From NCBI GenBank assembly GCA_965247705.1, contig CBDFHV010000067.1, positions 14,116-78,115 on the forward strand: DNA of 64,000 nt. The letters run 5' to 3'. The first letter of the stretch is position 1. Every line of letters begins with the position of its first letter. The notes below the pieces were generated by a model, which did not search any database, was not told the origin of the DNA, and saw only the letters and a list, made by a program, of their open reading frames with translations. This document shows, piece by piece, positions 20,646-30,094 of the stretch. Position numbers and translations under genes: made by a program. This stretch comes from Rhodospirillales bacterium. Lineage in GTDB: Bacteria; Pseudomonadota; Alphaproteobacteria; Rhodospirillales; CAMCUA01.

Positions 20646-21413
20646 ATGGGCGGACAGTTGGACGGAAGAGTGGCCGCGGTGACCGGCGGCGGCACCGGCC
20701 TTGGCGAGGCCATCGCGCGGCGCTTCGCCGCCGAAGGGGCGCTGGTGGTGGTGAGCGGACGGCGCCGGGAACCGATCGACGCCGTGGCCGCCGACATCGG
20801 CGGCATGGCCGTGGTCACCGACGTGGCCGACGAGGCGTCCGTGGCCGCGCTGTTCGCCAAGACCGAACAGTCCCATGGGCGGCTCGACATACTGGTCAAC
20901 AACGCCGGTCATGGCGGTGGCGGATTGATGCCGGTGGAGAACATGGATATCGACGAGTGGGACCGCACCTTCGCGGTCAACGTCCGTGGCGTGGTGCTGT
21001 GTTCCAAGTACGCCATTCCCCTGATCAAGCGGGGCGGCGGCGGCGCCATCGTCCACATCGCGTCGGTGGCCGGTATCGGCCCGCTGAAGAATCAAAGCGT
21101 CTATGGGGTCAGCAAGGCGGCCGTGATCGCCCTGACCAAGCCCATGGCCCATGAGGTGGGCCGCGACGGCATCCGGGTGAACGCCCTCTGCCCGGGGGCG
21201 GTGGTGACGGATCTCTATCGGGGAAACGCGGCGGCGCGGCAGGCGGCGACCGGCGGCACCGTGGAGGACGACATGGCCCGCATTGCCGGCGGCGTTGCCC
21301 TCGGCCGGCTGACCACCCGCGAGGAGGTGGCCTCCAGCACCCTGTTCCTGGCCACCGCGGCGTCGGGCTCCATGACCGGCAACATCCTGGTGCTGGACGC
21401 GGGCAAGCCGTGA
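20646..21413 (+). CDS. short-chain dehydrogenase/reductase (SDR)
   Basis: TGGGTGLGEAIA cofactor motif, NNAG, and the YGVSKAA catalytic YxxxK. Confidence 0.85.
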   Translation: MGGQLDGRVAAVTGGGTGLGEAIARRFAAEGALVVVSGRRREPIDAVAADIGGMAVVTDVADEASVAALFAKTEQSHGRLDILVNNAGHGGGGLMPVENMDIDEWDRTFAVNVRGVVLCSKYAIPLIKRGGGGAIVHIASVAGIGPLKNQSVYGVSKAAVIALTKPMAHEVGRDGIRVNALCPGAVVTDLYRGNAAARQAATGGTVEDDMARIAGGVALGRLTTREEVASSTLFLATAASGSMTGNILVLDAGKP

Positions 21414-21433
21414 TGCCGGCAAGCGCCGGAAGC

Positions 21434-21454
21434 GGGCCGGTCTGAGACCGGCCC
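21434..21454. terminator. palindromic GC hairpin GGGCCGGTC-TGA-GACCGGCCC between convergent genes
   Basis: Perfect 9-bp stem with a 3-nt loop in the 63-nt convergent gap. Followed by TTCTCC, so the T-tract is weak. Confidence 0.45.
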
Positions 21455-21476
21455 TTCTCCACCGCCGGAAGACGTT

Positions 21477-22262
21477 TCACAGCGCCTTGTTGCCGCCGCC
21501 GTCCATGCGGATGACGGCGCCGTGGACCTGTCGGCTGCCGGGCGAGACCAGGAAGGCGATCAGGCGGGCCACGTCCTCGGGCTCGGCGAAGGCGCGCACG
21601 CCGCTGCTGGCGACGATCTTGCGGGCCACCTCGTCGACGCTGATTTTTTCCAGTTCCGCCCGGGTGGCCACCAGTTCCTTCCAGCGGTCGGTCTTCACCG
21701 GGCCGGGGTGGATGCAGTTGACGTTGACGTCGTCCTTCAAGCCCCGGCCGGCCAGGGCCTTGGAGAAATTGGTCATCGCCGCGTTGACCGCGCCGCCGAT
21801 CATGAAGTTGGGATCGGGCACGTCGGCGAAGCCACCGCTGATGTTCACCACCGCGCCATGGGCCTCGGTCAGCAGCGGCCACAGGGCCCGGCTCATGCGC
21901 ACGGCGGCGTAGAACTTCAGCGCGAAGCCGTCCTCCCACACCGCGTCGTCCAGGTCCAGAAAGTCGCCGCCCTGGGTGGCGCCGGCGTTGTTGACCAGGA
22001 TATCGGTGCGCCCGAAACCCTCGCGCACGGCCTGTGCCGCGGACTCGACCCCATCGGCGGTGCGCAGGTCCGTGGCGGCGGTCATCACACGGCGGCCGGT
22101 GTCCTGGGTGATACGCTCGGCTGCGGCCTTCAAGTGCTCGGCGGTGCGCGCGATCAACATCAGATCGGCCCCGCGCTGGGCCAGTTCCCCGGCCACGGCG
22201 CGGCCGATGCCGCGGCTGCCGCCGGTGATCACGGCGACCTTGCCGTCGAGCGAATCTGTCAT
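21477..22262 (-). CDS. short-chain dehydrogenase/reductase (SDR)
   Basis: VAVITGGSRGIGRAVA cofactor motif and NNAG. 261 aa. Confidence 0.85.
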   Translation of the reverse strand: MTDSLDGKVAVITGGSRGIGRAVAGELAQRGADLMLIARTAEHLKAAAERITQDTGRRVMTAATDLRTADGVESAAQAVREGFGRTDILVNNAGATQGGDFLDLDDAVWEDGFALKFYAAVRMSRALWPLLTEAHGAVVNISGGFADVPDPNFMIGGAVNAAMTNFSKALAGRGLKDDVNVNCIHPGPVKTDRWKELVATRAELEKISVDEVARKIVASSGVRAFAEPEDVARLIAFLVSPGSRQVHGAVIRMDGGGNKAL

Positions 22263-22281
22263 CGGCGTCTCCCCAAAGGCA

Positions 22282-23568
22282 TTATTTCACGAACCCGGCG
22301 AGCCGCGGCAGGGTCAGCCCCAGGTCGGGCACGTAGGTGACCAGAAGCAGAATGGCGGTCATGGCGCACCACGGCCAGAACAACTTGCGCGATACCCCCA
22401 GGATCGTCCGTTCGGCGATGGTGGCGGCGACGAAGACCACCCCGCCGATGGGCGGGGTGATGGTGCCGATGGCGATGTTCATGACCATGACCAGGGCGAA
22501 ATGGATGGGATCGATGCCGTAGGTAAGGGCCACGGGCAGCAGCACCGGGCTGAGGATCAGTAGCATGGGGATGCTCTCGGCGATCATGCAGATGACCATC
22601 AGCAGCACGTTGACCAGCAGCAGGAAGGTCCACGGCTTATCCACGACGCCCTTGATCCATTCGGCGAGCAGGCGCGGCACCTCGGCGTTGGCGATCAGCC
22701 AGTTCAGGATGTCGCCCATGGCCACCAGCACCAGCAGCCCGCAGGAAAAACCGGCCGCCAGGAAGGTGACGTCCGGCAGGTCCTTGAGGCGCAGGTCCTT
22801 GTAGACCAGCCATCCGACCAGGAAGGCATAAAAGGCGGCGACGGCGGCGGCTTCGGTGGGCGTGAACACGCCGCCCAGGATGCCGCCCATGATGATGACG
22901 GCCATGAACAGGGCCGGGATGGCGCGGACGAAAGTGCGGCCCAGGTGCTTGAGGTCGAAGGGCTGAACCTCCCGATACTGGGGGCCACCGCGCCGCGCAT
23001 GGACATAGGCGATCAGCAGCAGGCCCGGCACCACCAGCAGGCCCGGCACCACCCCGGCCAGGAACAGGGCCCCCACCGAGAGGTCGTTGATGACGGCGAT
23101 CAGCACCATCATCAGGCTCGGCGGGATGACCTGGGCCAGGGTGCCGGCGCAGGCGATCAGCGCGGCCGAGAAATCGATGTCGTAGCGTCGCTTTTTCAGT
23201 TCCGGCTGCATGATGGCGGAGATGGCGGCCGTGTCGGCGCTGCCCGAACCGGACATGGCGGCGAGCCCGGCGGCGGCGACCACCGAGACTAGCAGCAGGC
23301 TGCCGGTGATCCAGCCGACCAGGGCGGCGGAAAAGTCGACGATGCGCTTCGACAGGCCGCCCGCCTCCATCAGCACCCCGGCCAGGATGAAGAACGGGAT
23401 CGCCATGATCGGGAAGCTCTCCAGCCCGGTGAAGAATCGGTGGGCCACCAGCACGATCGGCACGTCCGTGGTCACCAGCAGGATCAGGGTGGCGGTGATG
23501 CCGAGGACGAAGACCACCGGCACGCCGATGGCCAACAGGCCGATCATGACGACGAAGCCGAAGATCAT
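22282..23568 (-). CDS. dctM: TRAP transporter large permease
   Basis: Start at ATG 23568 (MIFGFVVMIGLLAIGVPV). About 428 aa, polytopic, with DctM-like blocks (FFILAG, GTLAQVIPPS). Confidence 0.85.
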   Translation of the reverse strand: MIFGFVVMIGLLAIGVPVVFVLGITATLILLVTTDVPIVLVAHRFFTGLESFPIMAIPFFILAGVLMEAGGLSKRIVDFSAALVGWITGSLLLVSVVAAAGLAAMSGSGSADTAAISAIMQPELKKRRYDIDFSAALIACAGTLAQVIPPSLMMVLIAVINDLSVGALFLAGVVPGLLVVPGLLLIAYVHARRGGPQYREVQPFDLKHLGRTFVRAIPALFMAVIIMGGILGGVFTPTEAAAVAAFYAFLVGWLVYKDLRLKDLPDVTFLAAGFSCGLLVLVAMGDILNWLIANAEVPRLLAEWIKGVVDKPWTFLLLVNVLLMVICMIAESIPMLLILSPVLLPVALTYGIDPIHFALVMVMNIAIGTITPPIGGVVFVAATIAERTILGVSRKLFWPWCAMTAILLLVTYVPDLGLTLPRLAGFVK

Positions 23569-24086
23569 CCGCTGTCCCCGTCGGCGCCCACCCCTTGATG
23601 GAAGGGATGGTCCCAGCGCTCCACCGCCCGCAGCACCACCTCGAGGGCGAAATAGACCATGCCGATGGGGATCAGCAGGTAGACCCACCACATGGGAATC
23701 TGCAGCGACGGCGAGGTTTGATAGAGGCCGTGCTCGATCAGGATGAAGCTGCCGTAAACGATCACCCCCAGGAACAGAAGGCTGGCCACCACGATGATGA
23801 CGCTGATGACGCGCTGGATCGGGATCGGCATCAGGGCGGGAAGCGCATCGATGGCGAAGACCGTGCCCCGGCGCATGGCGATGCCGGCGCCCATGACCGC
23901 CAGCCACACCTGGGCGAAGGTCGCGCTCTCGTCGCTGCCGGCGATGGAAAAATTAAAGACGTAACGCCCGACCACCTGCACCAGGACCGCGAACACCATG
24001 TAGCCATAGCAAAGAAGGACGAAGGTGCGGACGGCGCCGCGAAGCCCGGCTATGGCGGTGCGAAGATACTGTGAGGCGGGTGGCAT
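23565..24086 (-). CDS. dctQ: TRAP transporter small permease
   Basis: 173 aa with four TM helices. 4-nt overlap with dctM. Confidence 0.75.
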   Translation of the reverse strand: MPPASQYLRTAIAGLRGAVRTFVLLCYGYMVFAVLVQVVGRYVFNFSIAGSDESATFAQVWLAVMGAGIAMRRGTVFAIDALPALMPIPIQRVISVIIVVASLLFLGVIVYGSFILIEHGLYQTSPSLQIPMWWVYLLIPIGMVYFALEVVLRAVERWDHPFHQGVGADGDSG

Positions 24087-24143
24087 GGAAGGCTGACGGC
24101 CGCGCCGGTACGTCCGACGCGGCCGCCCGATAATGTGCGGCGG

Positions 24144-25130
24144 TTACTTGGTCGCCTGGATCTTGGCCAGCAAATCTTTCTGCACGTCGGTCTTGAGGAA
24201 CGCGTCGTAGACCTGCTTCGAGGCTTCGCGGAAAGGCTCCCCATCGGCCATGGTGACCTTCACCCCGGCCGCCAGAAGTTCGGCCAGTTTGGCATTGTTG
24301 CTTGCCGCGGCCAGCCCCCGCTGCAGGCGCGCCGCGTCCTTGCCGGCCTCGATCAAGGCCTTCTGTTGATCGGCGGGCAGGGACTGGTAGACCTTCTCCG
24401 ACATGATCAACGGATTGGAGAAGTTGAGCCAGCCGACGAGGGCCCAATAGGGCGCGACCTCGTAGAATTTTTGGCTGTGGTAGTTGGTATTGGCGGCGTC
24501 CGCGCCGTCCACCACGCCGGTCTGAAGGGCGCCGTAAACCTCCGTGTAGGCGATCGCCGTGGCATTGGCGCCGAAGGCGTTGAAGGCGGCCACGTGGACC
24601 GGGTTCTTGATCGCCCGGATCTTCATGCCCTTGAGGTCGGCCATGGAAAAGATCGGTTTCTTGGCCATGATGTGGCGCTCGCCGGTCGTAAAGACACCGA
24701 TCAGGCGGAGCCCCTTGGGCGCCATCAAGGCGCTGAACTGGTCGAACAACGGCCCTTCAAAAACCTTGTTGAAGTGGTCGTTGTCGCGAAACACGAAGGG
24801 CATGTTGATCACGTTCAGTTCCGGCACCCAGTTGGCGATGACGCCGGAAGCCGGCTGGGATACGCCGACGGTGCCGAAGAGAACGCCCTCGACCACGTTC
24901 TTGCCGGTACCCAACTGGCTGTTGGGGAAGATCTTGATCTCGATCGCGCCGTTGGTCAGTTCCTTCACCCTTTCGGCAAACCGAAGGGCGCCCAAGTGGT
25001 GGGGATTCTTTTCGTTGGTGCCGTGGGAAAACTTGAGCTCCAGGGCGTTGGCGGCCGTTCCCAGGGAGGCAAAAATCGTCGCCGCGGCGACCAGGGCGCC
25101 AAGCATTGGCTTGCGGGCCAGGGTGTGCAT
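24144..25130 (-). CDS. dctP: TRAP transporter substrate-binding protein
   Basis: Signal peptide after ATG 25130 (MHTLARKPMLGALVAAATIFASLGTAANA), then LKFSHGTNEKNPHH and a DctP-family body. Confidence 0.85.
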   Translation of the reverse strand: MHTLARKPMLGALVAAATIFASLGTAANALELKFSHGTNEKNPHHLGALRFAERVKELTNGAIEIKIFPNSQLGTGKNVVEGVLFGTVGVSQPASGVIANWVPELNVINMPFVFRDNDHFNKVFEGPLFDQFSALMAPKGLRLIGVFTTGERHIMAKKPIFSMADLKGMKIRAIKNPVHVAAFNAFGANATAIAYTEVYGALQTGVVDGADAANTNYHSQKFYEVAPYWALVGWLNFSNPLIMSEKVYQSLPADQQKALIEAGKDAARLQRGLAAASNNAKLAELLAAGVKVTMADGEPFREASKQVYDAFLKTDVQKDLLAKIQATK

Positions 25131-25239
25131 GATGTTCCTCCTGCAGGATTGCAATCGCGGGTCCTCGTCGGGATCCCTTGTCTCATCGCTTCCATGATAC
25201 AGCTTCGAAGCGGATTTCCATGAAGGAATCGGGTCCGCC

Positions 25240-26994
25240 ATGCGCCTGACCGGAAACGGCATCCGGCCCGCGGGTCGCGAGGTTCATGTGACATTCGACG
25301 GGCGAACCCTGCCCGCCCATGAGGGCGAGACGGTCGCCGCCTGTCTGGCCGGCAACGGCGTGTCGGCGTTCCGAGAGACCGAGGACGGCAGCACCCGTGG
25401 CATCTTTTGCGGCATGGGCGTCTGCTTCGAGTGCCTGGTCGACATCGACGGCCGACCCAATCAGCAGGCCTGCATGACCACTGTCACCGACGGCATGACC
25501 GTCACCACGCAGGCCCACCGCGCGGCCCCCGCCGCCGACGTTTCCTTTCCCGGCGTTGCAGAGAAAATCGCCGAGCCTGAGGTGCTGGTGATCGGCGGCG
25601 GCGCGGCGGGGCTGACGGCGGCCACGGCGGCGGCCCGCTGCGGGGCCGAGGTGGTGGTGGTGGACGAACGACCGGCCCTGGGCGGCCAGTTCTTCAAGCA
25701 GCTCTCCACGGCCCATGCCGTCGACTCCGAGGAGGCCTTGGACCCGCAATTCCGCCAGGGCCGAGACCTGATCCAGGCGGCGCTGGCGGCCGGCGTGGTA
25801 GTGATGGAACGGGCCCAGGCGTGGGGCGCCTTTCCGCCCCGGGAGGTCTGCGTCCTGGATCGGGACGGCCGCGCCATGGTGCTGCGGCCCCGGCAACTGG
25901 TGCTCGCCACCGGCGCCTACGAGCGGGGCCTGCCCATCCCCGGCTGGACCCTGCCCGGCTTCATGACCACCGGCGCAGCCCAGACCCTGGCCCGGGCCTA
26001 TCGGGTGGCGCCGGGCCGGCGGGTGCTGGTGGCGGGAAACGGGCCGTTGAATTTTCAGGTGGCCTCGGAGCTGTCCACCGCCGGGGTGGAGATCGCCGCC
26101 CTGGTGGAGGCGGCGCCGGCGCCGGGCCCCCGGCATGGGGGCGCCATTCTGTCGGGGTTACGGCATTCGCCCGACCTGATGTTGAACGGCCTCGGCTATC
26201 GCTGGCGCTTGCGCCGCCGAGGCGTTCCGCTTCTGCATGGCCACGTGCTGGTGGCGGCGAACGGCGACAGCCGGGTCGAAGAAGCGGTGGTCGCCCGCCT
26301 GTCCGCCGATGGGCAGGTGGACCGGTCGCGGGCGCAAACCTTCGCCGTCGACGCCATCTGCGCCGGCTACGGTTTCATGCCGTCGAACGATTTGTCCCGG
26401 GCCCTGGGCTGTCGGCACCGCTACGACCCGGGGAAGGGACATCTGGCGATCGAGGTCGACGGCGACGGCCTGACCACGGCGGAAGGGATTTTCGTCGTCG
26501 GCGATGCCGGCGGCATGGGCGGCGCCCGGATGGCGCAAGAGCAAGGGTTCCTTGCCGGCGTGGCGGCGGCCCGCGCCACGGGCAAGGCCGTGCCTTCGGC
26601 GATCGCTGACGAGGCCGCCCGGCGCCGCCGTAAGCTGGAAGGCCATCGGCGGTTTCAGTACGCCCTGTGGACCCTGTTCGCGGCGCCCCGCCTCGACGTC
26701 GAACTGGCCGATGACGACACCCTCGTCTGCCGCTGCGAGAACGTGCCCTTAGGCGCCCTGCGGGCGACCCTGGAATCGGGCGCCTGTTCCGCCGGGTCCC
26801 TCAAGCGCCAGACCCGCGCCGGCATGGGACGCTGCCAAGGCCGCTACTGCGGCCCCCTTATCGCCGCCATGGTCGCCGCCCGTGGCGGCGTCGCGGTCGA
26901 CGAGTTCTCCTACTTCGCCCCCCGCCCGCCGATCAAGCCGGTGCCCATCGGCGCCATCGCCCGCGAGCACGCGGACCTCAAATCCCAGGGGTGA
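25240..26994 (+). CDS. fused 2Fe-2S / FAD-NAD(P)-binding oxidoreductase (HcnA+HcnB / opine-oxidase-A-like)
   Basis: N-terminal CGMGVCFECLV 2Fe-2S domain. VLVIGGGAAGLTAA and VLVAGNGPLNF dinucleotide folds. C-terminal BFD-like CRCENV...GRCQGRYC. Confidence 0.75.
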   Translation: MRLTGNGIRPAGREVHVTFDGRTLPAHEGETVAACLAGNGVSAFRETEDGSTRGIFCGMGVCFECLVDIDGRPNQQACMTTVTDGMTVTTQAHRAAPAADVSFPGVAEKIAEPEVLVIGGGAAGLTAATAAARCGAEVVVVDERPALGGQFFKQLSTAHAVDSEEALDPQFRQGRDLIQAALAAGVVVMERAQAWGAFPPREVCVLDRDGRAMVLRPRQLVLATGAYERGLPIPGWTLPGFMTTGAAQTLARAYRVAPGRRVLVAGNGPLNFQVASELSTAGVEIAALVEAAPAPGPRHGGAILSGLRHSPDLMLNGLGYRWRLRRRGVPLLHGHVLVAANGDSRVEEAVVARLSADGQVDRSRAQTFAVDAICAGYGFMPSNDLSRALGCRHRYDPGKGHLAIEVDGDGLTTAEGIFVVGDAGGMGGARMAQEQGFLAGVAAARATGKAVPSAIADEAARRRRKLEGHRRFQYALWTLFAAPRLDVELADDDTLVCRCENVPLGALRATLESGACSAGSLKRQTRAGMGRCQGRYCGPLIAAMVAARGGVAVDEFSYFAPRPPIKPVPIGAIAREHADLKSQG

Positions 26995-27092
26995 GGGTCG
27001 CCGGGGACTCGGTCGCGAATCGGTCCGCCCTCTCGCACGCGCGCGTGGCGCCTGTCGGGGTCGCGGGAATTCCCCGCTAACCGCCACCGCGC

Positions 27093-27106
27093 CTAACAAA
27101 TGTCAA
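27093..27106. promoter_or_regulatory. degenerate FNR/Dnr-type box (CTAACaaatGTCAA)
   Basis: One perfect GTCAA half-site and one 3/5 half-site. Centred about 91 nt upstream of the first gene of the oxidase operon. Confidence 0.3.
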
Positions 27107-27190
27107 TGACGCTTTTCCCCCAGCGGAGAGCATGGCTGGTGAGGACGAGTGCCGCCCGTTGGTGCGGCGAGGACAAGTGAGGAGGCGTTC

Positions 27191-27373
27191 ATGTCCGAGG
27201 CCCCAGGCGGTACCCCATCCACGGACGATGGGTCCGAGCGGATTCCAATGATGCAGCAGCTTTTGGACAACCATTTCCTGCTGTTGTTCCTGGGCGTTGC
27301 CATCCCGGCGGCGCTCTATCTCATGTGGGGGGTCATGGAAGTGGCTTCCATTCCCCTCCTGCCGGCGCAATAG
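27191..27373 (+). CDS. small single-TM protein (possible oxidase subunit IIa analogue)
   Basis: GGAGG lies 5 nt upstream of ATG 27191. One hydrophobic helix (FLLLFLGVAIPAALYLMWGV). Sits directly upstream of the CuA subunit gene. Confidence 0.4.
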   Translation: MSEAPGGTPSTDDGSERIPMMQQLLDNHFLLLFLGVAIPAALYLMWGVMEVASIPLLPAQ

Positions 27374-27454
27374 GGGGTCCCGGCGATGGCGATCACATCC
27401 CCCGAAAACCGAATCTGATGGAAAGAGCCGGTCGAGCGGTCGGAGGTCCTGTGG

Positions 27455-27931
27455 GTGACCCTGGCCCTGGTCTGGGCGCTGGTGATGTTCTTCATGATGC
27501 CCTACTGGCACATCGCCGGCGAACAGAACCTGTCCAACGAGGCCTACCGGGTGAAACCCGAGGCTTTCGGCGCCCGCGTGGAGGCGGCGGCGGCCAAATA
27601 CACGGTCCGCGAGGAAGGGGACACCGGTATCCCGGTGGTCCATCCGCCGGCCGGCGGCGATGCCTACATGCTGGCCCGGCTGTGGGAATGGTGGCCGGTT
27701 CTGGAGCTGGAAAAGGACCAGACCTACCGGCTGCACCTGTCGTCCATGGACTGGCAGCACGGGTTCTCGTTGCTGCCCGAGAGCATCAACCTTCAAGTCC
27801 ATCCCAACTACGAGATGGTGCTGACCATCAAACCGAACAGTACCGGCGTCTTCAGCGTGGTCTGCAACGAGTACTGCGGGATCGGTCACCACAACATGGT
27901 GGGCCGCATCCACGTGGTAGACAAGAAGTAG
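27455..27931 (+). CDS. B-family (ba3-type) heme-copper oxidase subunit II, CuA cupredoxin
   Basis: GGAGG lies 8 nt upstream of GTG 27455. One N-terminal TM helix. CuA ligands DWQHGF and CNEYCGIGHHNM. Confidence 0.8.
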   Translation: MTLALVWALVMFFMMPYWHIAGEQNLSNEAYRVKPEAFGARVEAAAAKYTVREEGDTGIPVVHPPAGGDAYMLARLWEWWPVLELEKDQTYRLHLSSMDWQHGFSLLPESINLQVHPNYEMVLTIKPNSTGVFSVVCNEYCGIGHHNMVGRIHVVDKK

Positions 27932-27940
27932 GGGGGCGTC

Positions 27941-28633
27941 ATGGCGACGACCGCGGAATTTCGCACCTGTCCCGAAACCGGCTTCAAGATTCATTTGCCG
28001 GCTGACAAGCTGATCAAATGGAACGCCGTGACGGGCATCGTATTTTTCCTCGTCGGTGGCCTGTTCGGCCTGGGGGTGGCGCTGACGCGCTGGCCCGCCG
28101 TTCACTTTCTGGGCCCGGAAGACTTTTACCTGGCGCTCACCGCCCATGGCCTGGACGTGCTGCTTGTCTGGGTCATCTTCTTCGAGATGGCGCTGCTCTA
28201 CTTCGCGTCCGCCGTCTTGCTGAACTGCCGGCTGGCGCAGCCGGTCATGGGCTGGGTCGGCTATTGGCTGATGCTGATTGGCGCGGTTATGGTCAACGTG
28301 GCGGTGCTGCAGGGCGATTCCAGCGTCATGTTCACCTCCTACGTGCCCATGCAGGCCTCGCCCCTCTTCTACCTGGGCATCATCCTGTTCGCGGTGGGGG
28401 CGCTGATCGGCTGCTTCGTGTTCTTCGGCACCCTGGTCATCGCGCGGCAGGAACGGACCTACGAGGGCTCGGTGCCCCTGGTCACCTTCGGCGCCACAGT
28501 GGCGGCGATCATCGCCGTCTTCACCATCGCCTCGGGCGCCATCATCCTGATCCCGACGCTGCTGTGGTCGGTGGGCTACGTCGGCACCATCGATTCGCTG
28601 ATGTACAAGGTGGTGTGGTGGGGCCTGAGCTAG
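27941..28633 (+). pseudogene. B-family heme-copper oxidase subunit I, N-terminal 230 codons only
   Basis: Multiple predicted TM helices, including the heme-ligand block LALTAHGLDVLL. The reading frame ends at ...VVWWGLS-TAG, where full-length homologs carry the WW-GHP CuB histidine. The IS left end starts at the next base. Confidence 0.75.
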
Positions 28634-28651
28634 CCCGAATTATTCACGGCG
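28634..28651. repeat. IS left inverted repeat CCCGAATTATTCACGGCG
   Basis: Matches the reverse complement of 30215-30232 at 15 of 18 positions. Confidence 0.8.
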
Positions 28652-28753
28652 CTGATTGAAAATGCTGGTGAGCGTAGATTAACCTGTTGAAATGCCGTAT
28701 GATTTTGGTGTCAAGACAAGATCACATGGCAACAGAACAACCCACGGCTCACC

Positions 28754-30094
28754 ATGAACGAGATTACCCCCTATCTCCCTGGTTTGTCACCCGTTGGAGG
28801 CAAGCCGCTTTGCGCCCGCTTCGACGGCGGACGGCTGTCGTCGGACGGCGGGGTGTTGTTGTTGGGCGAGATCGACAGGCGGCTCGGCATCGCCGACGTG
28901 CTCGCTTCCTGCGTCACCGACGTGCGCGACCCGGCGAGCACGACCCACGCTTACGTAGACATGATCCGGGCGCGCCTGTTCGCTATTGCCTGCGGGTATG
29001 AGGATTGCGACGACCTCGACGTTCTGCGTTTCGATCCGGCGTTCAAGCTGGCCTGTGGCCGTTTGTCCGAGAGCGGCGACGACCTGATGAGCCAACCGAC
29101 CCTGTCGCGCCTCGAGAACGCGCCGTCATGGCGCGCGCTCGGGCGCATGGGGCTGTCGATGATCGATCTGTTTTGCGCCAGCTTCAAGCGCGTTCCGGCG
29201 CGCATCGTTCTCGATATCGACGACACCGACGATGCCGTTCACGGCGGCCAGCAGCTGGCGCTGTTCAACGCCCATTACGACGACTATTGCTTCCAACCCA
29301 TCCATATCTTCGAGGCGGCCACCGGCAAGCCGGTGATGTCACTGCTGCGTCCCGGCAAGCGGCCCTCCGGCGACGAGGCGGCGCGGATCCTGAGACACGT
29401 CATCGGCCGCATCCGCCGCAACTGGCCACGGGTCGAGATCACCGTGCGGGGCGATGGCCACTACGCCACGCCGGAGGCCATGGAATTCCTCGAACGTCAG
29501 GGCTGCGGCTACATCTTCGGGCTTTCCGGCAACGCCCGGCTGAACAGGATCGGCCAGCCGTGGTGCGAGGACGCCGCCGTGCGCCGGGCGGGGCAGGGAA
29601 AGGATAAGGTGCGCCGCTTCTTCCACACCGGCTACCAGGCCAAAAGCTGGTCACGGCAACGCTCGGTCATCGCCCGCGTGGAAGCTACCGCCAAGGGCTG
29701 TGACGTCCGCTTCGTCGTCACCAACCTGAGCGGCCGCGCCAAGGCGCTCTACGAGAAGGTCTACTGCGCCCGCGGGCGGATGGAAAACATGATCAAGGAC
29801 CACAAGCTCTACACCAAGTCCGACCGCACGTCGTGCCACCGTTGGGAGGCCAACCAGTTCCGCCTCTTCCTGCATACCGGCGCCTACTGGCTGCTGCATC
29901 AGCTTCGCCAAGCGGCGCCTCGGAAATCGCTGTGGCGAACGGCCACCTTCGAAACCCTGCGCCGGGCGTTTCTCAAAATCGCCGTCCGCGTCGAGGAGCT
30001 CAAGTCGCGCCTCAGGATCGCCCTGCCTTCGGCCTATCCCTATCAGCCGGCCATGATCGCCATCGCCGGGCGCATCACCGCCCAAGGGCCCTGA
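28754..30094 (+). CDS. IS1380-family DDE transposase
   Basis: 446 aa with SQPTLSRLEN, VLDIDDTDD, NAHYDDYCFQPIH and RMENMIKDHK blocks characteristic of IS1380-type transposases. Confidence 0.85.
   Translation: MNEITPYLPGLSPVGGKPLCARFDGGRLSSDGGVLLLGEIDRRLGIADVLASCVTDVRDPASTTHAYVDMIRARLFAIACGYEDCDDLDVLRFDPAFKLACGRLSESGDDLMSQPTLSRLENAPSWRALGRMGLSMIDLFCASFKRVPARIVLDIDDTDDAVHGGQQLALFNAHYDDYCFQPIHIFEAATGKPVMSLLRPGKRPSGDEAARILRHVIGRIRRNWPRVEITVRGDGHYATPEAMEFLERQGCGYIFGLSGNARLNRIGQPWCEDAAVRRAGQGKDKVRRFFHTGYQAKSWSRQRSVIARVEATAKGCDVRFVVTNLSGRAKALYEKVYCARGRMENMIKDHKLYTKSDRTSCHRWEANQFRLFLHTGAYWLLHQLRQAAPRKSLWRTATFETLRRAFLKIAVRVEELKSRLRIALPSAYPYQPAMIAIAGRITAQGP

Noticed and set aside
22282-23907. Long N-terminal extensions on several ORFs: dctM 541 aa, yqaA-like 366 aa, coq7 310 aa, 6613..7491 at 292 aa, the ABC ATPase 495 aa, and nirF/nirJ/nirN.
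   Set aside because: The extensions overlap upstream genes and translate to His/Arg/Pro-rich noise. Internal starts coincide with conserved N-termini, signal peptides, RBS-like sequences or ATGA/GTGA coupling. The shorter models were used.
27325-28005. 226-aa ORF overlapping the oxidase subunit II gene in another frame, and the ATG at 27418 as an alternative subunit II start.
   Set aside because: It is out of frame with the CuA-motif-containing translation. The in-frame stop at 27416-27418 and the GGAGG 8 nt upstream support GTG 27455 as the start.
28687-29001. 104-aa ORF at the 5' end of the IS, considered as a possible second transposase ORF (orfA).
   Set aside because: It overlaps the transposase N-terminus in another frame and has Arg-rich, featureless translation. 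IS1380-type elements encode a single transposase.
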